Of a DNA stretch of 64,000 nt, positions 1 through 16,799 are shown piece by piece. Numbering within the stretch: position 1 is the first letter of the stretch; each line of letters begins with the position of its first letter. Origin of the DNA: Ptychomitrium polyphyllum (lineage: Eukaryota); assembly GCA_973851085.1 (NCBI GenBank), contig OZ316775.1, forward strand, positions 3,906,001 through 3,970,000. Direction: 5' to 3'. The position numbers and the translations under genes are program-made. Under the pieces are notes generated by a model, which was given only the letters and a program-made list of their open reading frames with translations, was not told where the DNA came from and did no database searches.

Positions 1-598
1 TTGTATGTAAAAATTCATGGATTCCATCAATAGAATCTATCCAAATAATAGATAATAGCACAGGAAACAGTGGCTAGGTAATATTGTGTAACCTTGAAGG
101 CTCTTAATTCTTAGATTTTTAAGTAGTGAAGAAAGCAATTTCTAAAACACAAGATTATAAGCACCATATATGACATAAAATCTAATCTTTTGTATTTTGA
201 ATTTATCACAATTCCTTGAAATTAATTCAATATATTAGATATGGATAGTCAAGATGCAGATACCATACCAATGGTGTCAATCCAATTAAATGGCTTGTGT
301 TGATGACCTTAAAATAAAGAATAAATTATACCAAAAAGATGTTGAAAGACATTTAGTAATAGATTGTTGGTGATTTTTTTTGAAGTGGACTTTGCATATG
401 AGGATTATTTAAAAGTAATGTTTAAAAGACGTTTTTACAATTAAGATACAAAAGTTCATGTTTGGTCTCAATTAGAAGGTATTATCACTATTAATGGTTG
501 CAAGGAACTACAAATCATTTCAATTGTAAAAAACAATTGGAATATGTTGTAAATACCATGCAACAAAATTTTGACTTCCTACAACTTTGAGCACTTGT

Positions 599-1148
599 TG
601 TAACATGTTCCTCGAAAATTTTAAAATTTGAAAGGAAGGTGATGTCTTAGAAATATGTATTAGAAATTTTTAGAAAGGTTTTAGAAGGTTTAAGAAGGCT
701 AAAGAAGCTTCCAAGGAAGCTGTCTTAATTAAGGAAGTTTTTTAAGAAGTTATTTAGATAAAAAAAACCTTCCAATGGAACAATTTAAGGTTGTTTGAGT
801 ACAAAGTACTGTATTAGAAATTTTTTAAGAAGCTTCTAAGGCTTGTAATTCTAGTATATATAAGAATTAAATATAAAGAAATTTTTTATCTTCACAACGC
901 ACCTCTTAGAACTTACTTAAACCTCCTACTCCTATTTCCATACCTTATAATAGTTCTTTATTTCTAACATAAACCTTGGAAATACTTTATTCCATATTCT
1001 AGAGTCTTAAAGCCTTACCTTAATATTATTTAATATTGTTTTCATTAGCCATTTCAAAAGCTTTGTATTTATATTGAAGGTACCTTTGTTCCACCATAAT
1101 ATATAAGCTTCTATAATATGCGGATAAAAGGCCTAATATTTAATTACA
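599..1148. mobile_element. Possible degenerate solo-LTR / LTR retrotransposon remnant
   Basis: Bounded by TGTAA...TTACA, with internal AGAAG(C/G)TT-rich repeats and a TATA-like tract near 856. No target-site duplication found. Confidence 0.3.
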
Positions 1149-4100
1149 TGAAGATGTGCAACAAGGCAAATTATCACCATAAGCAAATAATGCTCATATA
1201 TTTCTTTTTGCTTTTGGTAGTTGAAAGCTTGCTTGCAAAGAAAATGTACTATAATATGTCCTTTATTTGGAGTATTTGTGCACTTTAGACTTTACTATAG
1301 CCACTATTAGCGTCAAAGTTTGAAAATAGCAAAACTCAAACAATTTCCAAAATCCACACAATTTTACTATTCATGTAATTCTTTAATGTAGCTTTCAACA
1401 CGTGCCCATTCCATAGGATTGTTTAATTCTTCCTTGAAGAATATTTACTAGCTTTAGATTAAATCACTTTGAATTTATGGAGTATGTTCATTTGTTCCTA
1501 AGTGTACATTTTATTCTTTGGTTTCTTCTATACACATTAAAAAGTATAATTAACATTGATTGTATTGGTTATAACTTATTAAACTATCCATGTACTAAAA
1601 TTTAAAATATGTAATTATGTCATTGAATTGTTTTGAAACCGTAATTTTTAATTAAACTCATATTAAGGTTGAGCACACAATGCTTAGGTTGCCATGATCA
1701 GAAAATGTATGCCTCAACATTTCCAATAATCAAATGCAGTAATAGTTTATGGCAATTGTTATAGTAAAAAAACTATACTACTTTGATAGATTTCTAAAAT
1801 CCTTCCTATGATTACTTATTTTCTTTGTAATTTTCTTGTAACTCAAACAAATTAAGGTTTTAAATAATTAAAAATAATGCTTAAGATTCTTAAACCATGC
1901 AAATATAATTTTTTGGCTAATTAGAGTACTTGTAGAAAGAGAATGCTGAATTTACATATCTACAATTATAAGTTTCATGAACTTTTATTTTTACATATTT
2001 ATATATATACATATGAAATATGAATTTTAACTAGCATCACGACTATAAACATATGTATAAATCTTTTTTAATAAAAATGAATTAAAATTTATTTTGCCTT
2101 ATAATCTTTGCTAAGGTAATTAATTTTTTAATTACTTTATTTTTCTCAGCTACTTTTTTCCTACCTCCAACCATCTAATGTCATAGCTTCCATTGTACTT
2201 CCTTGCACATATTCCCGTCCCTCCTTACTCCATTCTACCTTTTTACACCTATCATACATTGTCATGATAAAAGAACCTTGCCTTGAAAAATCACTAGGCT
2301 TGTGGTTACTACTAGTCATTCAACAAAATGATAAGATGGTATAACACAATATTTTCTCTATTGTTATGGATTTTAAATCTCTAACATTTCTATTTTTCAT
2401 ATCTCCTTCATAATTTTGAATTTAGACTTAAATTTTGTATTATGTAGACTTATTTAGACTTAAATTTAGACTATTATCAACCAAAATATGTTACACAAAC
2501 TCTCTTGTGTATTACTTTTCAAAATCTCAATTATGTTTTTTCTTATATTTCCTACTATAAAAGCTTTTTGCTCTTCAAATTTTATACCATCATCTCAAAA
2601 TAATAAAGATAATACTTTCTAAATTTCATCATCAAAAATTGTTTACATACAAAGATATAAGTTTTTTAAGTAAATACACTCAAAATTCAAGGCAACTAAT
2701 TCAATTCTATTCAAACTAGCACTATGGTTACATACTAATTCCAAATGGAACGTATAATGGCTTTTTAAAAAGCTTACAAAAGAAAAAAAAAAATCAATCC
2801 AAACTAAAAAATGTACATTAAGAAATTCTTAAAGAAGAATTTTTTTTTATTCAAGTAAAAGAAGCCAAGAGAAAAAAAAAAAAAAAACAATGGTCAAACA
2901 ACTACATCTACCCTTTATCTTTCCACATCAACTTCTATTTCTTCGTATCTTTATAAAAAAAATAGTTTAAATCCTTTATTTTATTTTATGTTTCTTTTTC
3001 TCTTTTAATTGAAATTTTTAGGTTCAAACTACAAAAGAAGACAAATCCAACCTTTATAAATCCAATATAAGAAGAAAAAAAATTAAAAATTAAAAAATAT
3101 ATAATTTTTTTGGAAGTCAATAAAAAAAAATAAGCTAATAATAATATTATTGTCAAGGCAGGATTAGACATCAAGCCATAAACTTGATTAATTGAATAAG
3201 TTCTAGTTGTTGAATTGGTTTAAGTTCAATTCTTATTAAATTTATTGAGTAGAACAACAGCATTTGACTTCATACTACTAGCAAGAATGGCAAGTAGGAA
3301 AAATACTACAATCAATTAAATTATTTACCCTGAGCTAAGATAAGATGTGGTTTCACCTCTAAGATAATTAAAAATATAGTTTCACTACAACCTTTTTATT
3401 CAATTACTTTTTTTTTTTAGAATTCTTTTTCAAATACAGTAAATTCAAATCCATAGAATAATAAATACTAATTAACTTTTGAACAATAGAATTCAACAAA
3501 TCACAACAACATCTTTCCTTTATAAACTTCTATATTATAATTTCCTCCAATACATTACAAAATATTCATAATAATTGATAAAACTTAAAAAAAAATATTC
3601 AATTAATTTTACTATTTTCTACATATTTTTTGCTACATTAATCAAATTAAACTTCTTTGTTTATTTCTTTCATCCATAAAAGATTACTTTTGAGTTGTAT
3701 TCATCAAATAAAAAAATCCTAGCCAGCATTCATATTATTCAAGTATTAATTTTTTATTTTGAACCCTCTTGTTTTAGCCTTTTATTATTTTCCACTTACT
3801 TTTTTTTACAATGAAACTTTATAAGCTTATTATGCATTTTGTCAACAACATATCCAATAAATTTCATGAAAATTGAAGTAGGAAATGAATAGAAATGATC
3901 AATTTTTTCATCCTAACCTTTAGCCTCTACACTCTATTAAACTTTTGGTTGCAATTTCTATCAAAATTTCTAAATCAAAGTTCTTTTATATCTCAAACTT
4001 TTAATCCAACCTTCATAGTATCCACTAAAAATCAAACTTTCAAACCTCACCTTCTTTGTTGCCAAATTTTTTAGACTCCTAACACTTTGACACTCTTTTT

Positions 4101-6970
4101 CTTTATCTTTTTTTTTTTAGCACAAATTAGAATCTAAAGTTTTGCAATAACATCTTACATCTTATTAAAAACACCTTTCAAAGTTTTGTCTTTAAAAGCC
4201 TCTTCAAACACATACACAAGCCAAAACTCTCACACTCCGAATTTCGCCTTTGCAAACCAACGACTTTGTCTTCTTATCTTGTTCATTTATGCTTTTTGAA
4301 ATTAGCACTTTTTGATTTCTACTTATCTCACTTGCACGTCAAAAGCAATCTTTTCCACATTTTTGCTAATTCTAATTGATCAAAGCTCTTATCTTTTTTA
4401 TTTACAAATTTGACTATTTATTACTACTGGTTCTCTTCAACCTTGTCTTTTTTAATCTCTTCATTTAACCTTTACTTTCTAACTTCAATTTCTAAAATGC
4501 ATTCTTAATGAAGTTAAAATGTATAAAAAAAATACAATAAAAGAAAATTCTATGACAGAAAGAAGAATGGAAAAGGAAGAAAGGTAAAAACATAATCTTC
4601 TATAATTGGCATTTTGTTTCTAACCAATTAATGCATATTTGCAAAATTTGCTAAGTAAATGAATTAAAAAGAAATAATATATCCTTCTAACTTAAAGCTA
4701 ATAATAATAATTTTTAATATGGGGCCTTTTAATCACTTCCATATATTGATTCCATATGATCATTCTACGCAACATTGAAAACACAAATTCTCATTTTTGG
4801 ATATTTTCCAAATGTTTTTTGGATTGTTCTTTCAAAATGGTGTCCTACATGGGCCCATCTAAGGTTTTATTTTCTGTTTTTTTCTGATTTCTGTACCATC
4901 AATATGCTGGTTCAGCGCATGGGGATGATTAGCACGCCCCTCTCAGCACGCTGTAGAATAGAACTCTTGCATTCTTGGAAGTGAAGAAACGTTTAGCAAC
5001 CTTTAACTTTTTAGAAATGTCCTCTAGAATCAGAGTTGTAATGTGCAACAAACTTGTACCTACTACGACTGATCTGATTGATGTGGCATTGAGAGAGCAC
5101 CACTTTGGCAGCAAGCCAACGCATGTGCACTACCTGTTGGTTCACCGGTTGCTGGTCATGCTTAAGTGCGCTACGGCATCCAAATGCCACATTGAGCAAC
5201 TTGTTTTGCCCACCAGAAGCAACCAGCAAGAAGTCAGTGCCCAGAACGGATTAGGAATAGACGAGTCAAAGGCGCAAGAAACACTTTCACAAGCACCACT
5301 GTAACAGAAATTTTGTATTACCAAATCCTTTGATCCAGGTTCAGTACTACATCACAGAAATATTACATCCAACGAAAATTTAGGTCTGACATTTTGGGTA
5401 GATGAGAAATTTCTGATATGCATGAAAGCTTGGCAGAGACATTGGCTTGGAAATGGAGTTTGCAGGGTAAAATCACTGAACAAGGATATGATGCGATCAC
5501 CACAGCGATTGTTTCACGGGTTTCTTCTTCTCTGCAGATCGGTACTTGTAAACTAGTACCAGTGATACCTTGTACATCCTCCATCATGTTCGTCATCTTG
5601 ACCAATGATCGCTTCAACCATGGCAGCAACCATGAGCATTCTCTGTTCTTAACCATTCACATGAGCACCAACATTTTGTTGAAAAGTGATATGTAGCCAA
5701 GTCCGGGAGTGAATGCAAGCTGTGGGGCTGGTTGGTTGTGGACAATCGGATGAATCCCCTATTACCTCTATGTAAACAAGTGTCTCAAATTGTCCTTTCC
5801 CCCCCCCAGCCCTTCATGTACACCAATCTCGGCATTGAACCGCAAGTATCACAAACTTCTTTCAACCAACCTGCTATGCCATGCCATGTCAGAGATACAG
5901 AAAAACATTTGTAATCAGTGCTTTTCATCATGACAGCCTCGCATTTGCTGAATATGATGCCTATAACGCTCACACATGACGTGATCAATGTATAATTGAC
6001 ATCTAGTAACAGCCTGAGGTTCCAATCACTGTTCAAATCTCGCTGAACTAACGAGGATAAAAGCGAGAACTCGCCCATGTAAGTTACACGCTGATGTATA
6101 AATTATGGGTTAAAGAAGCCAAACGATAGTCGTTTTGTAAGCCAACATAGAAATTACCTACTTTCAAACCACAAAAAGCTCTAATATGAGAAGACTAGGA
6201 CAAGAGAGGAGGCCAATTCGCAAATGTTCATTACCATTCTTCAGGTGTTGAGCTGAATATGTTTGTCAGAAACAGGAAGGTGACAGACATAGATAGAAGC
6301 GGAAAGCAGTACCTTCAGAGTTGCGAGGTGCACTCAGTAGCAAAGGTATCCTGACAATGGACGGTAGGCATTGTCGAATTGTAGTAGGTGGTACATATGA
6401 AACGTGGGTCCAATAATATTGAGCCTAGTGTCGCTAATATGTCTCTCTGTTTTCTACTCACACCAGTTCTTATTGGTTTCTTCCCATTCCAAATGTAAGT
6501 GCAAAACAATACCGCTTACAAATCTTGATTTCTGATTCATATTCATGTCGTCTCAATCTGAATTGGCTAGGTAGAAGGGCCATTTGTTTCTGTGACGAGC
6601 CTCCAAGCCGACGTTCGCCTTGGCAAATCCGGTTCAATCTATCTGCAGGTTTCAAGTGAACTCCAAATTTCAAGTGAGTCACCCTAGAATGACTGCAAAT
6701 GATAACTGCTGAATGATCATTCTAAGTTTGTTACGACAATCTGCAATACTCCTGTCCTGAGTAGCAGATTTGCAACTTCCATTCTTCAAAATGGAGTAGT
6801 ACCTTAAGCATCTGTTCCGTGCACTTCAAACTAACACTATCGACTATTTGTTCCAATTGCAGATCAGTTAATATTGGCCTGCGAACAATGCATGAGGAGA
6901 ACATCTGAAACATTTTAACTGCTGGAGCGTACATTTGGAAGTTTTTGGAACTTGTGTCAACCTCATTTCA

Positions 6971-9945
6971 ATGACAGGGAAAGTTGATGACGATGCCAAA
7001 CCAAGCGCGGGTGTCTCCAAGGATTACCTGCCTCCGGCAAAGGTACCTGCTTCAGATACATCTGACGAAGAACTATCGCCGATCGAAGAGGTCCAAATGA
7101 CAGTGGGCACAACTGATGACCTAAGCCTTCCGTGCATGACTTTCAGAGCGCTTATGCTGGGGATCACGGCAAACACGATTATCACAATGATCAACACATT
7201 CTTTGGCTACCGCACAGAACCACTCCATGTATCAGCAATTGCCGTTCAGATAGCAGCCCTCCCACTTGGTCGTTTGATGGCTCGCGTGCTGCCAAGGGAA
7301 CCTGTCGGTTTTCCCTTCATTCCGTGGCAGTTTTCGCTCAACCCTGGGCCATTCAACATCAAAGAGCACGTGCTAATCGCTATATTTGCTAACACGGGAA
7401 ATGGTGCATTCGGCACCATGTTAGTCAACGTCGTCAAAGCGTTTTACAAGCGAAAGTTAGACTTTATTCCAAGTCTTCTCTTTGTGCTAGCAACTCAGGT
7501 GAGGATAAACAACTCAAGCTGTTTGTATTAGCATGAGCACGTGCGCCCAGGACCTCTGGAAATCTCTTTGAAACTTGTAGGAGACATTTGCTACACTGCA
7601 GCTCTGTGGAAGGTGATCATCAGAACACACTTTCAAGGCCTGATTTGTTGCTACGATCGTTTGTTGAAAGAAGCATGTTTGTTCCATGGCATCTGGATGT
7701 ATAGCATGAAGGTGTGTATTAAGTACTGAAAGAATAAAGTGGTTACCAGATTATGGGGTATGGATCTGCAGGCCTGTACCGTAAGTTGTTAGTGGAGCCG
7801 GCTCAGATGTGGTGGCCACATACCTTGGTGAACGTGTCCCTCTTCCGGTATTGTTTCTTCCTCACAAAGCTGTCGCTTGAGCCTATATTTTTACAATGAC
7901 TCTGAAAAGACGATATACAGATCAGCTCTGGCATATAGACGATGAAATCCTTAGCATTCTGCATGGTGTATGGAGAGAAGGTGGGCAAAATAAATTACCA
8001 GAATGAAAACTAAGCAGGGCGAGTGGCTGTGCAGGACACTTCATGAGAAGGAAGAGAAAAGGACGCTATCTCGAGTCCAGTTTTTCTGCATCTGCCTCGT
8101 AACCAGCTTCGCATACTACATCCTTCCAGCCTACCTCTTCAACACTTTGACCACCATTTCACTGGCGTGTATCTTCTGGCCGAGATCTGTGACTGCCCAG
8201 CAAATAGGATCTGGACTTAAGGGCTTGGGCATAGGCTCGTTCTCTCTGGACTGGGCAACGATCTCCACATTTCGAGGAAGCCCGCTTGGAGTTCCCTTCT
8301 TTGCTCTTGCAAATGCCGCGGTGGGCTTCGTCTTGTACTTGTACATCATTATTCCCATCACATACTGGAGTGTAAATTTATATGACGCTACAAAGTTTCC
8401 CATCTTCTCGAGCAGCTCATTTGCGGACAATGGCGCTCGATTTGACATACATCGAGTTCTAACCTCCGACTTGACCTTGGACTTGAGAGGATATGAAGGT
8501 TACAGTAAGCTCCACCTGAGCATTCTATATGCGATGACAAATGCGATGGGCTTCGCTGTAATTGGAGCGGCGTTGACTCACGTCATTCTCTTCCATGGAA
8601 AGTAAGTATGCGTCGACACCTATGCTAACTTCAAATAGCAAGGCATGATTGTATTCTCTATCAGCACAGTGAACATAATTGACTCAGCCTCACCCAAATG
8701 GTCCTCGCAGGGACATACTGCAACATACAAGGTCAGCCATGGGGAGCGGGACGCAGGACATTCACACCCGGCTTATGCAGCACTACAAGCCTGTTCCACA
8801 GCTGTGGTTTTGGGTGTTGTTGATTATTTCCTTAGTTCTGTCCATAGTCGGTGCAGAGGTGTACAAGGACCAGTTGCAGCTGCCATGGTGGGGAGTTCTG
8901 ATGGGGTTCGCCATGGCTACTGTTTTCGTACTTCCTTTTGGTGTTCTTGTGGCAACTGCGAATCAGGTCAATTTTTCCTGCAGCATGAAAGAAAACATCC
9001 CATCAATTCTCAAAACCGAAACCCAATTCCTTAGATTTATTTTAATCGAATTAAATTGAAATAGTTTGGATCAAACTTGGGAAATCCGCCAAATTAAACG
9101 GAGCCGTGCAGCTACAATGCTAATTGCTTCTCTGTTTTCCTGTACAGGCACCAGGCATCAGCGTTCTGTCTGAAATGATAATGGGATACATTCTTCCTGG
9201 AAAGCCAGTGGCCAACATTTGCTTCAGAATTTACAGTAGCAGCAACTTGATGCATACAATATTCTTCTTGAGTGATTTTAAGTTGGGCCATTACATGAAG
9301 ATCCCTCCACGCACCATGTTCGCTGTACAGGTCTGGGGCTCCATTCTCTCGGCAGTGGTGTGTTTGGGGACAACATGGTTTCTTCTGGAATCAACCCCCA
9401 ACATCTGTAATCCAGGCCTACTCCCACCCGGCAGCCCTTGGACATGCCCCAGTGACAGCGTTCATTACACAGCTTCTGTGATCTGGGGCCTCATAGGCCC
9501 AGCAAGGACATTCGGTCCGCAAGGCATCTACAACAACCTCAATTGGTTCTTCTTAGTTGGGATTCTCGCCCCAGTCCCAGTCTATATCGCCACGAAAGTG
9601 TTTCCAGAAACCATTTGGCTCAAGTGGGTCAACTTGCCGATCATACTCATCGGAGGCCTCACCATGCCTCCCGCAGCTCCTGTGAACAATATCATGTGGC
9701 TTTCTGCAGGTATGTTCTTCAATGGCTTCATTTTCCGCCGCCGCAAAACTTGGTGGAAACGTTACAACTACCTTCTATCGGCGGCTCTAGATGCAGGAAC
9801 CGCCTTCATGGGTGTACTATTGTGGCTGGTCTTCGATCAAGGTATGGGTGCGCTAGAGTGGTGGGGAAATCGAGGCGATCACTGCCCACTAGCGGAATGT
9901 CCCACTGCTCCTGGCATCTCCGTAAAAGGGTGCCCTGTTTTCTGA
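6971..9945 (+). CDS. OPT: Oligopeptide transporter, OPT family (about 748 aa)
   Basis: Exons 6971-7498, 7750-7847, 8035-8601, 8711-8966, 9148-9945 join in frame via GT-AG introns (2247 nt). OPT motifs [47 protein letters not shown] and C-terminal [16 protein letters not shown], with many hydrophobic helices. Confidence 0.95.
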
Positions 9946-10524
9946 AAAATTTAAATTTCAAAATTCCAACCGCTGGATATCTTCGACGAACAGGTACTGC
10001 GAACTCACAGGATTGAATCTTTTCATGATCAGGAAATTTCCTTCTGTGGTTAAAGTTTACATCAAAGATATATGACTATGTAGGAAGTATACCTGGAAGA
10101 GTTGCATCAGCTGTATTGTACCATTTGTGAACTTATTCTCTTCTTCCTGACACGCGTGGCGACAATAAAGGAGGCAGAGAGATATTCTAAATTTATTGAG
10201 GTTGACACGAATACAGCCATTAGCAAAGGACTGGGTCCATTTATTAGTGAAATACCAGAAACCTGACTTTACGGCACATTCCATGAATTATCAGGAAACT
10301 GAAGGGAATTTCTAACTTGAACAGCAGCCTCCAGGTGCTGAAACCCTTCAATGGCCAAGATTAACTAAAGCTGCAAGCGCAATGCACGGTCATTGTGCAT
10401 AACTAACCAGCTGTCTGTCTGCTCAAGTGTAAATCGTTGAACGGCACACAAGGCTTCGGAACTTGCAGAATTAGGAACTGACCTCTAATGTATTCATAGT
10501 GAAGCACTGTAAGATATGCAAGGT

Positions 10525-11870
<1,346 letters not shown>

Positions 11871-14800
11871 CGCTGAAAGGTAAATTTCGACCAGAAGCTC
11901 GCCACACAGAGATATCCTGATAACAAAGGTATTCCCACAACAAGCAGAGTCGCGTTAGACCAAAAACCTGGAGGAAAGCTTAAACCGTGCCCGGAAACCA
12001 CAAGGGGTGAATCCTGACCACAAACGCAATGACCGAACCGCATCATACAGACACCTGAGAAGATATTGAGAGTTCTGTGAAGATTAGCTCCTCATCAAAT
12101 GAAAAATCTCAATTCAAATTCCAATTCTCCGACTTTCGAAAGAGCGCATCAGTAAGATCACTACACATCCTTGCAGGCACTCGCGACCACAAATCACAAA
12201 ACTCCACACATCATAGTAAACTTCCATCACCTCTTCAAAGTCTTCGTTGCAAAGTGAACCTGATCAGCGCAATCACGACGCCGATGTCTTTTATCGTTAA
12301 ACTCGAACTACGTCACCGTTGCTGAAGAAGTCAACGCTGATGGCAGCAGGCGGCTGATGGCGTCACCCGAGACATGAGAGCATGCCGTTCAACCAGTACC
12401 ATACACCAAGATTTCATTCACACGAGCACACATTTTCATAAACTTCGCACTGGATGTGGTTTTATATTTCTCCGGTCAAGTCTTCCCTAAACATAAACAT
12501 ACAAAATCTAGCAAAACACACTTTGAAATTCATTTTTGTTACAAAAGTAACAAAAACATATTTATTAGTGTGTTCTCATGAACCAACAAGGAACCTCTAC
12601 TATATTGGAGTGTGGTTGGATAACTTCAAACTTTGGACCACCTCAAAATTAGTTGAATTCTTCAAGTTAATCCTTGGTTTGCCTTAGGTGTCCAAAGATT
12701 TGCCACTTGCTTCTTTAAACTATAAGTGTTTGAATACTTTGCTATAGATTGATGGAAATTATTATTATAAAAAAAAAACGCTCTATAAATACAAGGTGAG
12801 GGATTTATATTATCAAATTTTGTGAATTTCCATGGCTTTCTATACTATCAAATGGTTTTTTATGTTATCAAATTTTGCGAATTTTCTTTTTCACCAATAC
12901 TTGCTTGTAAAAAATTTGAAATTTACAAAACATTTATACCAAGATTTAGTAAATTATTTATTTATTTATTTATTTTTGAGTGTCTATAAATTAAACCAAA
13001 CACAAAAGATTTTGAAGTTTAGAATTATTTATTCAAAAATAAAAGTCCTATTAGGTATTTGGTTTATAATAGTAAAGCTAATTATTAAATAATATAAGAG
13101 TTTTGCAATGTTTATGGCATTGTTTAGAGACTCTTTTGAATTTTCTCTTTCAAAATGAAGCTTGGAACCATCTATAAGCCCAATTCATTAAGTATCATTT
13201 TTTACATTCATTACTTTGTTATCACTTGCATTAATAATAATTTAATGTTATTTTTTATATTCTAAAGAAAATATAAATAAAACAACTATTGAAAATTGCT
13301 ATGCATTATGCACAACTATTGATAATTAAAAAATATATGGAATAATCACCATTATGAAATTAATTGAAATATTACTTTTACAGCATTTATTTTGAAAAAT
13401 ACAACATAATATAAGGTTTTATAAGAATCCTCAATTTATAGCTCTTTTAAAGTGAATGATTTACATATTTTTATAATGTGTGTCTATGATATGTAAAGAT
13501 GCTTATTTTGTACATTTATACATCCAAATACAATCTTCAACGAACTAAAAGAGTTTAATATGGAAATTCAATTTTTTTTCAATATAATATTCCTTTCAGA
13601 TTCTTTTGGAACAAAACCATTATAAAGATAAATAATTCATTTTAAATTTTATAATCTACTATGAATGTGATGCTACCTTAATGGCAATGTTGTATTAGGT
13701 CTTTATACCATCATTTGCCATAAGTCTAATTAGCAAATATGTAAAAATAAAACTTCTTGATGAAGGTTTAATTACCTATTTGGATAAATAAGAATTAACT
13801 TTTAGAAAGAAATATTTCAAGATTATAGCTATAAAATTTGTTGAAGAGTTATACGATGTAGAAATTAAAAAAAGACAATTATTTAGAAAAGTAATAAGAA
13901 ATTTAGACTTAATAATATTTAAGATAATAAACAAAATATTTGATATTTTTGTTTTATTGATCAAGTCTTGTCACACCTTAGATTAAAGAAAAATTATGTG
14001 AATTTTAAAAATATATATTATACATTTAATAATTGAAAATAATAATGACGATGTTTAAATGAATACACCATTAGATTGAGTTTGAAATCTTGCGTAATAA
14101 TTAATATACATTTAAATGCATGTAATTACTAATACTTTGTATATCATAATGAATAATTAATTAGAAAAAATTCAAGTTCTTTTTGAGATGTATCAAGTAT
14201 TATAAACTTATATAATAGATGATTTTATTCTAATTAATTTAACCTAAAATAACAAGTAAATACATTACATTCCAAAAACATTGCATTAAAACTATGGATA
14301 ATATTTAAACATGTTTTAACAATATATTGATTTTTCTATTTCAAAAATATTTTTTATTCTCCTAAAAAGTTTTCATTTCAAAAAATCTAAAATTTCAACT
14401 TTATGTTCTATGCATAAAGAAGAATACATATTAAAACGAAGATGACAAAGTCCTAGAATCTACATGAATAAGAGTTCCTTCAACAAGTCAATTTTTTCTT
14501 AAAAAATGCAAATCAATGTCAATTGTTTAATCTGCTTATTTCTTGTTTAAAACTTGTAAGAAAATAAATGATATATTTGTAAATATCATGAAGTTGTATT
14601 TTGATTTTTTTAAGAATATTTATAATATTCTTGAAAGAAATGAAAGCTTTACATAATTGCATTGACAATGTTCATATTGAATATTATTTATACCAAGGTA
14701 TTAAGATTTGAAGTCAATTGAGAGTGGATATTTTAATAATGCTTCCTTTCAAATAAGAACAAGGATAATATAAAATAAGGATATTTATAAAACTTTCTAT

Positions 14801-16799
14801 ATCATCAGAGAATGCTTGTATAACATTAGTTTACATAATAAAATTTTGATGAAATTTTAATTGTTTGAAAGATGAACCAATTCAATAGATTTTAATTATT
14901 TTGTCTTAAAAATAGTATGCATTTTAATGAAACTTTCTATGACAATAAACATATGTAAAAAGTAAAGATTTAGAAGAAAATACTTGTTCATTATTCAAAA
15001 TAAAATTGGTATGAAGACATTAATGCAATAGTTTATGATTTTTTTCATAATAATGTTGCCACAACATAAATATGTAGCATTTTCAAGAAATTATAGAAAA
15101 ATTAACTAGATTGTATAATATGCACCTTTGATTAAAACAATAAAATGTATAATAGATATTTCTTGAATCTTAAGATAGTATTAGTATAAATTATGTAACA
15201 TTGGTAGCATAATCAAAATCCATTCAACATGTTGTTTTGTGAATTTGTATATTATTACAGCTTTTTATACTACCATGTTATATAATTAAACTATATTTCT
15301 TATATTTAAGATACCACTAAAATATATAATTGCATTAATATAAAAAATTATAAAATAAAATATAACAAAAAAGAATTATATTAGTATTTTTTTTTATCAA
15401 TATTTGATTTAATAGATTTTTAGACCTTCATATTTTTAATAGTGAATTATTTTGGAAATCAAATGATTTGAATAACTTACATAATTTTTTTTCTAATTAT
15501 TATATTTTATGAATATGAATCAAATTATAATTTATTAGTAAAATAATTTAGAATTAGTAACTTTTTTTTGAATATTTGTATATTCATTTTACATTTGATG
15601 TTTTGGTTTTAGATAATAAAAGCATTTGAATTATTTTTTGAAAGTGCATGGACCATTATAACACTTCACATCTTCTAGATGTGTTTGTAGTTTTAATTGT
15701 TTTTAAATGTTAAACAATTACAATAGAAAGAAAGATTAACCAATAATTATAATGTAGCATTTGCATTTCTTATTTTATTGGCTCTTCTTAAGAACGAATT
15801 TTTGAAAGTTGATTTAACTAAAAACCAAATTGACAAAGACTATTGTATTAAAAGCATTCCAATGATTCTAAAATATTAGGCTAATAATTATATACTATAT
15901 GATACTTTTAATTAAGCTTGTTAATCATTTAGAAGTAAAAGTATTAAGGTCCAAGGGTTCAAATTTTGGAGATCAATCACTTCTTCATATGAATTCCAAA
16001 TCATATGTTTTAATATAAGTTGATAGAATTTTTTTTAAATATGCATAATTCAATAAACAAATGTTATGGTTTAGTGACAATAATTATATTCAACTCTTCA
16101 AAGTCAAAATCATAAGTGCTCCTATGTTAAGGGTGATCCATTTCAACTATTAATAAAGAGTATGAATACCTTAATTTTAACAGCTACTTTAAGATCCAAT
16201 AATAATGTAAGATATTCTACCAATATCCACACTTATTTCTATGATGTGAGAATGCATTAATACATTATGTAATATTTATATCAAAAATGAACAAAAAGAT
16301 GTTGTTCGTTTTTGAAAAAATTATAATAAAATTATTACATTATTTCCACACTTTATTGAACAGCATTTATTAGTGTACAACGCACTATAACTGTATTACC
16401 ACAATTACTGTGAACACTCAATTATCGCGCCTCGTTCTTCATTTTTACTTACTTGCCGTGACTCACTGTAAAGGCACCAATCGCTGAAGTGTACTTCCAA
16501 GCCATTTTGAAATATCACTATCAGAAAGTATCCTTTCAAACGTAACGTTGCAATGCCGCCCTGTCCCACTCCAGTCACCCTCAGTCACAGAGTCGATAAT
16601 CATCGGCTTCCGCAGCTTAGTTCGCCACAGAGAGACATGGCACGCTCTTCCGGACCAATTCCGCAGATTCCATGTCCCTGACTCAACGCAGTCCTCATCG
16701 CAAGCATACAATTCCACTGCAGCAACCACGATCCAGAGTAAGAGAAACGGGTCGAAAACCCGGCGGAGAGCCATCGTGGTCGACGTCCAGCGGAGGTGA

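Noticed and set aside
4900..6900. Short ORFs upstream of OPT as a separate gene
   Set aside because: No motifs recognised and no consistent exon chain; could be a promoter or unrecognisable remnant.
12700..16350. AT-rich blocks (also about 1200-4700, 37700-39500, 51200-58900) as identifiable transposons
   Set aside because: Probably decayed TE DNA, but no RT, integrase or transposase motif, TIR or TSD could be read.
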